Part shown: positions 9,668 through 18,440 of the stretch, one piece after another
How positions within the stretch are numbered: the first letter of the stretch is position 1
Layout: each line of letters starts with the position of its first letter
Origin: Acidobacteriota bacterium
Lineage (GTDB): Bacteria; Acidobacteriota; Aminicenantia; UBA2199
DNA length: 64,000 nucleotides
Direction of reading: 5' to 3'
Assembly (NCBI GenBank): GCA_039714255.1
Contig: JBDLJQ010000005.1
Span: forward strand, 11,914-75,913
Notes under the pieces: generated by a model
Told to the model about the DNA's origin: nothing
The model's database searches: none
The model's input: only the letters and a program-made list of their open reading frames with translations
Program-made: the position numbers and the translations under genes

Positions 9668-10471
9668 ATGGATAGATCTTATGGATTTATAGCGGGTCAG
9701 GAAAGCATAGAAGAACATCTGGATTATGCCATAACTCATAACTTTGATCATATTGAGATCGATCTTCGCCCCGGAAATTCAGGATTGAATGGATCCGGCC
9801 TGGAAAAAATATCTGAATTAAAAAGAATTGTTTCAGACAGGAAGGTCTCTTTCAGTTTTCATCTCCCCGGATCAATTAACTTTGCAAAAAGCAAATTTAT
9901 ATTTAAAAGAAAATTCCTTAACTATCTCAGATCTTCAATTAAACTTGCATCCGAACTGAATGCTACCCATATCACCGCTCATACCGGATATTTTTCCAGA
10001 TCAGTTTTATGGTCGGACCCGCGGGAAGATTTTATTCAAAGAGCGGTGGATAACATTCTTGTAATTTCTGATATATGTGAAGAGTTTAATATAAAATTTG
10101 CTCTGGAAAACCTGATCCCCATGCCAAAACATTCTGCATACCATTTCATAGGAGATAATATAAAAGATTTTCAATTGATTTTTTCATTGGCCGGATCAAA
10201 CAATTTAGGGCTCTGTCTGGATGTGGGCCATTCAAACCTGAGTGAAGGTGCTTTGGAATATATCAAACATTTTGAAAACAGGATCGTTTGTGTTCACTAC
10301 CACGATAACATGGGTAAAGAAGATCAGCATCTTGAAATAGGTGAGGGTAATATTATCTGGAAAAATGTGATTGAAAATCTGGACAGGATCAATTTTAAAG
10401 GCCCCTATATTTCTGAATGCTTCCGGTCTGAACCTCACCTCACAAGAAAGAGATTGTTGGATATTATTTAG
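9668..10471 (+). CDS. Sugar phosphate isomerase/epimerase family TIM-barrel protein (AP_endonuc_2)
   Basis: SFHLP, AHTG, ALEN, CLDVGH and VHYHDN..DQHL.IGEG metal-binding motifs. Confidence 0.85.
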   Translation: MDRSYGFIAGQESIEEHLDYAITHNFDHIEIDLRPGNSGLNGSGLEKISELKRIVSDRKVSFSFHLPGSINFAKSKFIFKRKFLNYLRSSIKLASELNATHITAHTGYFSRSVLWSDPREDFIQRAVDNILVISDICEEFNIKFALENLIPMPKHSAYHFIGDNIKDFQLIFSLAGSNNLGLCLDVGHSNLSEGALEYIKHFENRIVCVHYHDNMGKEDQHLEIGEGNIIWKNVIENLDRINFKGPYISECFRSEPHLTRKRLLDII

Positions 10472-10477
10472 ATAGGA

Positions 10478-13420
10478 TCAGGCACTTCCGGTAAAATCAA
10501 AACTTATTTTTTTCTGAAAAACATTGATAGTTGAGAAAATATATTTTAGCATATGCAGTTCTGCCTCTGTAAGCTCACCGGGGTCGATGTTGTTGTCCGG
10601 TTTCCGGTTATCTTCAATATTTTTAACCTGGTGTTTTAACCTGACCTTCATAAGAAAATCAAATATTTCCTGAAATTCCCTGCCGGAGGACTCTGTCATA
10701 TCATCTGTTCTTAACAGGTGTGAAACCCTTGCCTGAGTATTGGTTTCCCTGATCCTGTTCTTCAGAGAATATATCCTTCCGAAATTTACCAGCAATTGTA
10801 TCGGGTCTTTGATGTTGAAAGTGGATTGTTTTTCTCCTCCGGACTCAAGCTGGATATTGCCGAAAAACCCGATGGGGGGCTTGTATTGAAGAGCGTTCCT
10901 TGCAATATGCTGAAGGAACAGGGGGTTAATGTCTATTTCACTGTCGATAAAAGACCTGAGATCATCAACCATTGAACTCTCTCCGGATACTATCCTGAAA
11001 TCGAAGAAGATGCTGACCTCCAGAAGGTCTGATGGCGAGGAGTTGTTTATCCAGTTCCTGAAATATTTTTTCCAATCTGACAGCGGTTTGTTCCATTTGC
11101 TGTTCATTGCCATTATTTCCCCTGAGCAAAAAGTATAGCCGCATGTGTTCAGCCAGGTTGATACCCTCTTTCCCAGTTCCAGAAAATATGTTTCAGCTTC
11201 TTTTTTTAATTTTTTGTTTTCTGTATCTTCATAGATTATTGCATTGTCCTGGTCGGTTAACAGAGTCTGCTCTTTCCTCCCTTCGCTTCCCATTGTGATA
11301 AATGAAAATTTCAATGGGGGTTTTCCCAACTCATCAATGGCAAAATCGATCAGCCTCTTCAGTATGGAGTCGGCAATGTAGGAAATTTTACTGCATATGA
11401 TCTTCGAGTCGGCCCCGCTGTCTGTCAGAACCCTTACAAGGGATGGAACCCTTTTATATTTTGGAAAAACTTCCTGTACAAATTCTGTTTCCCGGATCTC
11501 AGATATAAGGAGAGAGGATGAATTGTTCTGAATGTTGAAGATCAGGTCCCTATTGACCGATCCGATTATCTTTCCGCTGAGATCTGTTACTGCCAGGTTC
11601 CCGATCTTTTTCTCTCTCATCAAAATAAGGGATTCAAATATAGAGGAATTCCGGGATATAGAGATCACGGGAGCGCTCATAATATTCATTACAGGAGAAT
11701 CTGCGGAAATGCCTGCACCTATGACCCTGTCCCTCAGGTCTCTGCTTGTGAGAACTCCAATATATTCATTCAGCACACCGGCTTCCGGAAGGTTGTTCCT
11801 GATGAAAATAATATCCTGTCCGGTCCTGGACATTAACGATACTGCATCTTTTATCGGGGAATCAGGTGAACAGGAAATAATTCCTCTGAGGTGATTGATA
11901 AGAGGATCTTCAAGAATAAGCTGAGAGGTTTTCAACTCTGCCATCAGTTTGTTCTTTTCTTCTTCGGAACGGAACCTTTCAGTGATATCTTCAACAATTC
12001 CGTCATAATATCTGTTGTCTCTGTCAGGCCCTTTTACCAGCACCAGAGATATCATCAATGTTTTAATATCTCCATCGGGCCTCTTTATCCTGATCACTTC
12101 ATTCTTAATAAATCCCTGTTCAAGCAGGTTTTTCCCGAGGTTTGCCCATTTTTCAGTGGATATAAAAAGATCCGGGATCTTTATCTCTGAAACATCAGAC
12201 AATGATCGAAAACCGAGAATATTAAGAGCGGCAGGGTTTGACTCCACTATTTTTCCTTTACGTCCCAGGGTGGAACGGAACACTCCTATCTTCAGGTTAT
12301 CTGTAAGGTTCCTGTATTGTTCTCTGCTTTCTCCCAGTTCTTCTCTGATCTTTTTGCTGCTGCTGATATCATTGACAACGATTGCATCTCCATAGTCCTC
12401 TCCATATGAGATCTTTGATACATAGAGGAGTACGTCTTTAATATCTCCATCTTTCTTTATAAATCTGCTCTCTACAGGATCTGAAACTGCTTCCCCCTTT
12501 ATCAGGCCTTTGAACTTACCAAATTCCGATTCATCTCCTGCCTGATCCGGAGGAAATATTGAGTGGAGGTCCAGTTTTTCGAACTCCTTTTCACTATATC
12601 CTAAAAATCTGTGAATATATTTATTGGAATAGAGTATCTTATTTTCCCGCACGATAAGGATACCCTGGGTTGTGGCTTCGACAAGAGACCTGTATTTTTC
12701 CTCGGATTTAATGAGCCTGTTCTCAATGGCCCTCCTCTTCCTCTCAATTTTTAATCCCATGTTCATTATGTAGAAAAGTATTAAAGAGATGAACAGGAAT
12801 ATTATAAAAGATACCAGGATAATTTTTTTTGCAAGTTGGGCTATCTCCTTGTCAACATCTTCCGTGTATATTCCAGTTCCGATTATCCATCCCCAGGGTT
12901 TGAACTCCTTCACATAGGATAGTTTGGGTACAACCTTCGCCGGATCATCTTTCCATTGCCACATATATTCGATAAAGCCCTGTTCACTGTCCCTGCAAAG
13001 CTCTACCATGGAAATGAACATTCTTTTTCCTGAAGGGTCCACTTCCCCGGAAAGGTCTTTCCCCTCCAGTGCAGTCCTGTAAGGGTGCATCACCATTCTC
13101 GGCTGTTTATCGATTATCCAGAAATAATCTTTATTCTCCCTCCCGTACCTTAAAAACCGGATATCTTTTTTTGCCAGTTCTCTGGCCTCTCCGGGAGTGT
13201 ATTTTTCCCCTTCGATCTCACTATTATATTTATCCAGGATACTTAATGCAGAATTGGTAAGTTGCTGGATCATCTCTTTTTTCCGTTCCATGATACTTTT
13301 TTTAAACTGGGGAACGATAAAGAAAAAAATGGAAAAAATAAAAAGCCCCACAGCCAGAGATGCGGGAAAGATCAATCTGAAGTTTGATATGGAGAGCCCT
13401 GAACTCTTATTGTCATCCAT
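10478..13420 (-). CDS. Membrane sensor: TM-sCache_2-TM-PAS-PAS-CBS pair-DUF294 nucleotidyltransferase-DUF294_C
   Basis: Cache (LRYG..DYFWI..MVMHP..IEYMW..KLSYV..WGWIIGTGIY); PAS ends NDIS and EDITER; CBS pair; NTase motif MGSEGRKEQTLLTDQDNAII; FFDFR. Confidence 0.88.
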   Translation of the reverse strand: MDDNKSSGLSISNFRLIFPASLAVGLFIFSIFFFIVPQFKKSIMERKKEMIQQLTNSALSILDKYNSEIEGEKYTPGEARELAKKDIRFLRYGRENKDYFWIIDKQPRMVMHPYRTALEGKDLSGEVDPSGKRMFISMVELCRDSEQGFIEYMWQWKDDPAKVVPKLSYVKEFKPWGWIIGTGIYTEDVDKEIAQLAKKIILVSFIIFLFISLILFYIMNMGLKIERKRRAIENRLIKSEEKYRSLVEATTQGILIVRENKILYSNKYIHRFLGYSEKEFEKLDLHSIFPPDQAGDESEFGKFKGLIKGEAVSDPVESRFIKKDGDIKDVLLYVSKISYGEDYGDAIVVNDISSSKKIREELGESREQYRNLTDNLKIGVFRSTLGRKGKIVESNPAALNILGFRSLSDVSEIKIPDLFISTEKWANLGKNLLEQGFIKNEVIRIKRPDGDIKTLMISLVLVKGPDRDNRYYDGIVEDITERFRSEEEKNKLMAELKTSQLILEDPLINHLRGIISCSPDSPIKDAVSLMSRTGQDIIFIRNNLPEAGVLNEYIGVLTSRDLRDRVIGAGISADSPVMNIMSAPVISISRNSSIFESLILMREKKIGNLAVTDLSGKIIGSVNRDLIFNIQNNSSSLLISEIRETEFVQEVFPKYKRVPSLVRVLTDSGADSKIICSKISYIADSILKRLIDFAIDELGKPPLKFSFITMGSEGRKEQTLLTDQDNAIIYEDTENKKLKKEAETYFLELGKRVSTWLNTCGYTFCSGEIMAMNSKWNKPLSDWKKYFRNWINNSSPSDLLEVSIFFDFRIVSGESSMVDDLRSFIDSEIDINPLFLQHIARNALQYKPPIGFFGNIQLESGGEKQSTFNIKDPIQLLVNFGRIYSLKNRIRETNTQARVSHLLRTDDMTESSGREFQEIFDFLMKVRLKHQVKNIEDNRKPDNNIDPGELTEAELHMLKYIFSTINVFQKKISFDFTGSA

Positions 13421-13438
13421 GGTTTTATGTACAATTAA

Positions 13439-13467
13439 ATAGTAAATTCATTAAGGGCCTTTGTCAA
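13439..13467 (-). promoter_or_regulatory. sigma70 promoter for the Cache-DUF294 gene
   Basis: Minus strand reads TTGACA-17 nt-TACTAT, ending 18 nt before the ATG. Confidence 0.6.
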
Positions 13468-13486
13468 CAAAAGTGAAAAAAATACA

Positions 13487-13550
13487 AGGTTAAGGGGTAA
13501 GGGGGAATCTCATCCCCTAACCTCAAACCTCTGGCCTCTTACCTATAACC
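13487..13550. repeat. Degenerate 7-bp tandem repeats in inverted arrangement
   Basis: CCCCTAA CCTCAAA CCTCTGG CCTCTTA CCTATAA (13514-13548), faced by AGGTTAA GGGGTAA GGGGG (13487-13505). Confidence 0.55.
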
Positions 13551-13571
13551 AATCTTTATAAATCTAATTTA

Positions 13572-15476
13572 TTATTTAGCTATCTCTTTTTTCTTCTGGG
13601 TCATTAAGGAAACTACTATCAAAGTAATAAAAGCAAGAGGAATTGAAATGATACCGGGCTGACTCAGGGAGATCGGTGAACTGGCCTTATCAAATCCATA
13701 TCTTGCAAACATATCGGGAGAGATCAGAATGATCGACAGAGCAGATACGATCCCGACAAAGATCGAAGCTGCAATACCTTTTGCAGTAGTTTTTTTCCAG
13801 AAAAGGAGCATCAGAATAGCAGGAAGATTTGCAGAAGCAGCTACGGCAAATGCCCAGCCTACCAGGAAGGATACATTCATACCCTTAAATAAAATTCCCA
13901 GGATAATGGCAATTGTTCCGATAACCAGAGCAGCTATTTTTCCTGCTCTGACCTTCTGCTTTTCGGTCATTTTAAGATTCATAAATCTGTCCATAAGGTC
14001 ATGGGCAATTGCTCCGGACGAAGCAACGATCAGTCCGCTGACAGTTCCTAAAACCGTGGCAAAGGCTATGGCCGAGATAATGGAAAAAAGGCCGATCCCG
14101 AAATATTTGGCCAGCAGTGGAGCAGACATATTACTTGAGGAGAGGTCCAGTACCCCATGGGTCATGGCCCCCAATCCCATATAGAGGGTTAAAATATAGA
14201 AAAATCCGATTCCCACAATTGCAACAATTGTCGATTTTCGTGCATCTCTCTGGCTGGGGACAGTGTAATATCTAATGAGAATATGTGGTAGAGAAGCAGT
14301 CCCGAAAAACAGGGCAAGCATAAGAGAAATAAAATTTAATTTTGACCAGAAATCCGAACCTTTATCCACTTTAAATTTAAGTCCCGGGCGCATTATTGTT
14401 TTTCCCGGTGTCGGGTTTTGATACCAGATCGTAACATTGTTTCCCTCATCTTTTAATGATGTCTTTGTAAATCTTACGATCTCACTCTCTTCAATTACAG
14501 ATAAGATTGAAAAAGGGTTTAATCCTCCGGTACTATCCACTTCTTTTCCATTTTTTACCAGTTTACTGAAGTGTCCCACCTGGTAGAATTTTCCTTCTGA
14601 AGCCGGTGCTCCGTTATACAGGATAGTCTCATCAGATTTAACAGTTTTGGAGAGAGCTTCTTCCAATTGATATGATCCGTTAACTTGATTTACTTTCCAC
14701 CATGTGCGGATCCCTTCTTTTTCCAGTTTTACAAAATCATTATCTTTAGCTTTAACCTTTCCGGCAACTTTATATTCGGAAGAATCCAGAGTGAATGAAC
14801 CCCCATCTAAAGTGGCATTTATGGTTAAAAAATCTTTATAATTTTCGCTTGGTTTCTTATTAAGCCCGCCGGTAATTAAATAAATGGTCAGGACAGTTGA
14901 AAATACGATCAGTAATCCGCCTTTTATAAACTGAACGTAAGTTGTTGAGGTCATACCTGCAGTGGATACTATAATTATGACTACTGTGCCCACAATAAGA
15001 ACTCCTACATAATGTTCAAGGCCCAGCAGGGGTTTGATCAGGGCACCGGCACCTACCATCTGAGGGATCAGATAACAGATAGATACAATAAGAGTACTTA
15101 TAGCAGCCATAAGCTGGATCCCTTTTGAATTAAATTTGGAATCCAGTGCATCTGTAAATGTATATTTTCCCAGTCTTTTTAATGGTTCTGCAACTACAAA
15201 AAGGGCAACTATCCATCCCGCAAGGTATCCGATGGAATAGAGGAATCCGTCATATCCCGAAAATGCTATCATTCCGCATATTCCAAGAAAAGAAGCGGCA
15301 GATAAATAATCTCCGGCAAATGCGATACCATTTACACCCCAATGGATAGTTCCGCCTGCGGCAAAATAACCGGAGGCAGTTTTTGTTTTCCTCGCAAAAT
15401 AGAAGGAAAGGCCGAGAACTAATGCGACAATTACAACAAAAAATAATACAGCAAGAAATGATACAGGATAGGTCAT
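13572..15476 (-). CDS. actP: Cation/acetate symporter ActP family (SSS) with a large soluble insertion
   Basis: NGIAFAGDYLSAASFLG, YLIPQMVGAG, GTASLPHILIRYYTVP, AFATVLGTVSGL and AFAVAASANLP motifs; preceded by DUF485. Confidence 0.88.
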   Translation of the reverse strand: MTYPVSFLAVLFFVVIVALVLGLSFYFARKTKTASGYFAAGGTIHWGVNGIAFAGDYLSAASFLGICGMIAFSGYDGFLYSIGYLAGWIVALFVVAEPLKRLGKYTFTDALDSKFNSKGIQLMAAISTLIVSICYLIPQMVGAGALIKPLLGLEHYVGVLIVGTVVIIIVSTAGMTSTTYVQFIKGGLLIVFSTVLTIYLITGGLNKKPSENYKDFLTINATLDGGSFTLDSSEYKVAGKVKAKDNDFVKLEKEGIRTWWKVNQVNGSYQLEEALSKTVKSDETILYNGAPASEGKFYQVGHFSKLVKNGKEVDSTGGLNPFSILSVIEESEIVRFTKTSLKDEGNNVTIWYQNPTPGKTIMRPGLKFKVDKGSDFWSKLNFISLMLALFFGTASLPHILIRYYTVPSQRDARKSTIVAIVGIGFFYILTLYMGLGAMTHGVLDLSSSNMSAPLLAKYFGIGLFSIISAIAFATVLGTVSGLIVASSGAIAHDLMDRFMNLKMTEKQKVRAGKIAALVIGTIAIILGILFKGMNVSFLVGWAFAVAASANLPAILMLLFWKKTTAKGIAASIFVGIVSALSIILISPDMFARYGFDKASSPISLSQPGIISIPLAFITLIVVSLMTQKKKEIAK

Positions 15477-15763
15477 TAGTTTTCCTCCTCTTCACTCGAA
15501 TTCATTTTGTTTTCCATTTTCGTACAATAATGGTTGTAGAGAATACCCATAACAATTGCCAGGATAATTAAACCGAATCCATAAAAAACAGCAAGGTTTA
15601 ATCCAAGAATCACTTTTACTCCCATGGTCTTCGGTGAGAGTGTATTGATAAATACAAATCCTGCATAGATAAAAGAATAGATCGCAAATAAGATCAATCC
15701 GACTTTGGATTTAACTTTTTCTGCATTGTCTTTTCCCATTTTAACAGCTTCACCATGTTGCAT
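15476..15763 (-). CDS. DUF485 (YjcH-like) small membrane partner of ActP
   Basis: Two TM segments (LFAIYSFIYAGFV; GLNLAVFYGFGLI); TAATG coupling to actP; AAAGGAGG before the ATG at 15763. Confidence 0.85.
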   Translation of the reverse strand: MQHGEAVKMGKDNAEKVKSKVGLILFAIYSFIYAGFVFINTLSPKTMGVKVILGLNLAVFYGFGLIILAIVMGILYNHYCTKMENKMNSSEEEEN

Positions 15764-16097
15764 ATTGCCTCCTTTAGTAGTTCTTTTGATAAAAATTAAC
15801 AAAATGGTTTAATTTAAAATTAAATTAAAATAAAATTTACCATTATTTTTTACAAGATTCAATATTATTTTAAATTTTAATAATATCTTAAGAGAAAATA
15901 TGGTAATTTCCCCACCCCCTTAGCATCATCAAATATAATTTTTAATTTTTTTAGAACCAGATCATAATTCCCGGTGATTAGATATTTTTTATTTGAGATA
16001 TTTTCTTTTTTATTTATGTAATATTATTATGATCATATTTATTTTTAGATCAGGAACATTTTTTTTATGGTTTAAAAAAATAATTAAAGGAGGCAGA

Positions 16098-16532
16098 ATG
16101 AAAAAAAAAGTAAGTTTAATTATTGTGAGTTTTCTTGTATTAATTTTATTTCCGGTACTGAGTGCAGAACAATGGTATGACAAGACTCTTGCTGGAAAAA
16201 AAGATTGTGAGAGTGTAAGAATGCTTCTTCATAACAAATTAAGTTATCCGATAAAGGTCACCGGACTTTATTTCTATGATTATGAAAAGAAGAGATGGAG
16301 AGTTAAAGCAATTCTTCCCAAGATCATCAAAAGTAATGATAGTAGAGAACTATTGGGAAGACGGCATTTAAGAAATGTGAAAAATAAAAAAACCTATTTT
16401 AAGGTCGTTTTCAGGAAAGGTAAAATCAACCGGCGGGGGAAATATAAATATAGAGGTAAAAAAGATTTTAAATATACTCAAAAATTTACCTGTAATGACA
16501 GTATGAATCAATTTCTTTCAATTGGTGAGTGA
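16098..16532 (+). CDS. Secreted, highly basic hypothetical protein
   Basis: AAAGGAGG then ATG at 16098; signal peptide MKKKVSLIIVSFLVLILFPVLSA; K/R-rich; two Cys. Confidence 0.75.
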   Translation: MKKKVSLIIVSFLVLILFPVLSAEQWYDKTLAGKKDCESVRMLLHNKLSYPIKVTGLYFYDYEKKRWRVKAILPKIIKSNDSRELLGRRHLRNVKNKKTYFKVVFRKGKINRRGKYKYRGKKDFKYTQKFTCNDSMNQFLSIGE

Positions 16533-16694
16533 GATTTATTAGAATAGTAACTAATAAATTTTAAAACAGACTTATTAGTAAATTATTTTTTGCCCATTTG
16601 ATTGTCGCAGGCAGAATAAAAGTTTAAATGATTAAAAAAGATCAAATATTGAGATATTTTTCATTTAATTGTATTTATATTTTAAGGAGAGATC

Positions 16695-17225
16695 ATGAAA
16701 CATAAATTTTTTGTGACAATTATTTTGATTTTTTGTTTTCTTTTTATTTCATCTGCTTTTTTAATGGCTCAGGAGGAAGAAGAGGAATTTGCACAGGAGA
16801 GGCCAAATCCCTGGGAACTGGTCAAAGCTGACAGGGGTTTAAATAAACTTCAGATCAGAAAACTTGGAAACGGACGTTTTTTTATTAATATGAGAGGGAT
16901 CAGGAATACTATTAACAAAGCCGGGATCAATGAGAAGATAACTATCATCCTGCAGACAAAGAACGGACGTAATATTGCTGTTCTTGGCAGCTATACACCT
17001 GCCAGGGGAAGATCTTTCAGGGGAAGAAGATTTTCTTCGATGCGCAATGGATTTGAGGATCCGCTTACAGCACTGGGCCCGTATTTCAAAAATAAAACCA
17101 TTAAAAGGGCAATGTTCCGGTTAGCTTTTAAAAATTCAAAAGGATCCATTATGGCGCTAAAGTTACTTCAGATCGCCCCGGCTGGTTTTAAAAGTAAATT
17201 ATCACAAAAAACTATGATTAGATAA
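16695..17225 (+). CDS. Secreted hypothetical protein (acidic N-terminus, basic body)
   Basis: AAGGAG SD; signal peptide ending AFLMA; QEEEEE followed by an R/K-rich domain. Confidence 0.75.
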   Translation: MKHKFFVTIILIFCFLFISSAFLMAQEEEEEFAQERPNPWELVKADRGLNKLQIRKLGNGRFFINMRGIRNTINKAGINEKITIILQTKNGRNIAVLGSYTPARGRSFRGRRFSSMRNGFEDPLTALGPYFKNKTIKRAMFRLAFKNSKGSIMALKLLQIAPAGFKSKLSQKTMIR

Positions 17226-17274
17226 GTGTTGATCTGATTACCAGAATAAATACCGGTTGTTTTTTGTATAAAAA

Positions 17275-17303
17275 TTGACTGGTTTCAGTAAATCTGTTAG
17301 TAT
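17275..17303 (+). promoter_or_regulatory. sigma70 promoter of the wtp/Moco operon
   Basis: TTGACT-17 nt-TAGTAT with an extended TG; the predicted start (about 17310) coincides with the riboswitch 5' end. Confidence 0.65.
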
Positions 17304-17310
17304 ATTTTTT

Positions 17311-17403
17311 TCTCCGAGTTTTGCATCCTAAGGCTGATGCTAAGGTGTAAAACCTGCAGGGTGGCCCCGGAAACAGGCCCGCCTCCCGTGTTTGGAAAGG
17401 AGA
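17311..17403 (+). ncRNA. Moco/W-cofactor riboswitch, P3-less (tungsten-type) variant
   Basis: UCUCCGAG..CCUAAG..GCUAAGG, GGGUGG..GGAAAC..CCGCCUCCCG..UUGGAAAGGAGA match the Moco RNA motif. P2 is GUUUUGCAUC/GGUGUAAAAC; only a few nt separate P2 from P4. Lies upstream of wtpABC and Moco genes. Confidence 0.88.
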
Positions 17404-17465
17404 ACTAAACCCGGTTTTCGCCGGCAGTGAATCTCCTTCCATATTTTTTATATATGGAGGTTTTT

Positions 17466-18440
17466 ATGAAATTTAAAATTTCATCATTATTACTGTTAGT
17501 CTTTTTCATTGTTTCATGGCCTTCCTGTTCAGATTCCGGTGATCATGTCTCAAAAACAGATAAAATAAAACTTCTTGTTGTCCATGCAGGATCTCTCTCT
17601 TTACCATTCAGAGAGATATCAAAAGGTTTTGAAAAAAAATATCCGAATGTAAAAGTTCTGCTGGAAGGTTACGGGAGCAGGACTGCGGCAAGACAGGTGT
17701 CTGACCTGAAGATGAATGTGGATGTCCTTGGTTCTGCAGATTCCGATGTGATAAAAAAACTGCTCTATCCTGAATATGCCGATTTTTGCATCGATTTTGT
17801 TTCCAATGAGATGGTTATTGCATTTACAGAAAAGAGTAAAAATAGCAGGGTGATAGACTCCGGCAACTGGTATGAAATATTACTGATGGATGGAGTTGAA
17901 CCGGGCCATTCCGACCCGGATTGTGATCCGTGCGGGTACAGGTCTGTATTCACAATGGAACTGGCGGAAAAATTTTACGGGGAAAAGGGCTTATTTAAAA
18001 AATTGCAAGGTAAAATTAGAAAAAAAAACATAAGGGCTAAAGAGACCGATCTGCTTGCTTTGCTTGAAGCAGGAGAACTTGACTATATATATATTTATAA
18101 AAGTGTAGCAGTTCAGCACGGCCTGAAGTATGTTGAACTTCCGGGTGAAGTAAATCTGGGAATATCAGAATATAAAGATTTGTACGGGACAGTAAACATA
18201 TCACTTTCAGGAAAAAAACCGGGACAATTTATTGAAAAAAAAGGCGCCCCTATGATCTATGGCCTGACAATTCCGAAATTGTCAGAAAACCGCTCTTATG
18301 CCGAAAAATTTATTATTTATATTATTTCTGAAGAAGGAAAAGAAATAATGAAAAAAATGGGACAACCTCTCCTTGATCCCCCTTATGTAGATAATCCGGA
18401 AAACCTGCCGGAGAGTTTAAGGAGATATTTTAAAAATTGA
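17466..18440 (+). CDS. wtpA: Tungstate/molybdate ABC transporter substrate-binding protein WtpA (probable lipoprotein)
   Basis: HAGSL..PF, SAD, SDPDCDPCGYRS, RAKETDLLALLEAGELDY.Y.YKSVA.QH and LP.EVNLG motifs; start at ATG 17466 after GGAGG. Confidence 0.9.
   Translation: MKFKISSLLLLVFFIVSWPSCSDSGDHVSKTDKIKLLVVHAGSLSLPFREISKGFEKKYPNVKVLLEGYGSRTAARQVSDLKMNVDVLGSADSDVIKKLLYPEYADFCIDFVSNEMVIAFTEKSKNSRVIDSGNWYEILLMDGVEPGHSDPDCDPCGYRSVFTMELAEKFYGEKGLFKKLQGKIRKKNIRAKETDLLALLEAGELDYIYIYKSVAVQHGLKYVELPGEVNLGISEYKDLYGTVNISLSGKKPGQFIEKKGAPMIYGLTIPKLSENRSYAEKFIIYIISEEGKEIMKKMGQPLLDPPYVDNPENLPESLRRYFKN

Noticed and set aside
9668-10471. TIM-barrel gene as the eraser for the DUF294 nucleotidyltransferase
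   Set aside because: It is convergent and separately promoted, from a broadly distributed family; adjacency alone is insufficient.
17218-17442. 74-aa minus-strand ORF
   Set aside because: It is the antisense of the riboswitch and promoter; the GC-rich RNA structure explains the open frame.
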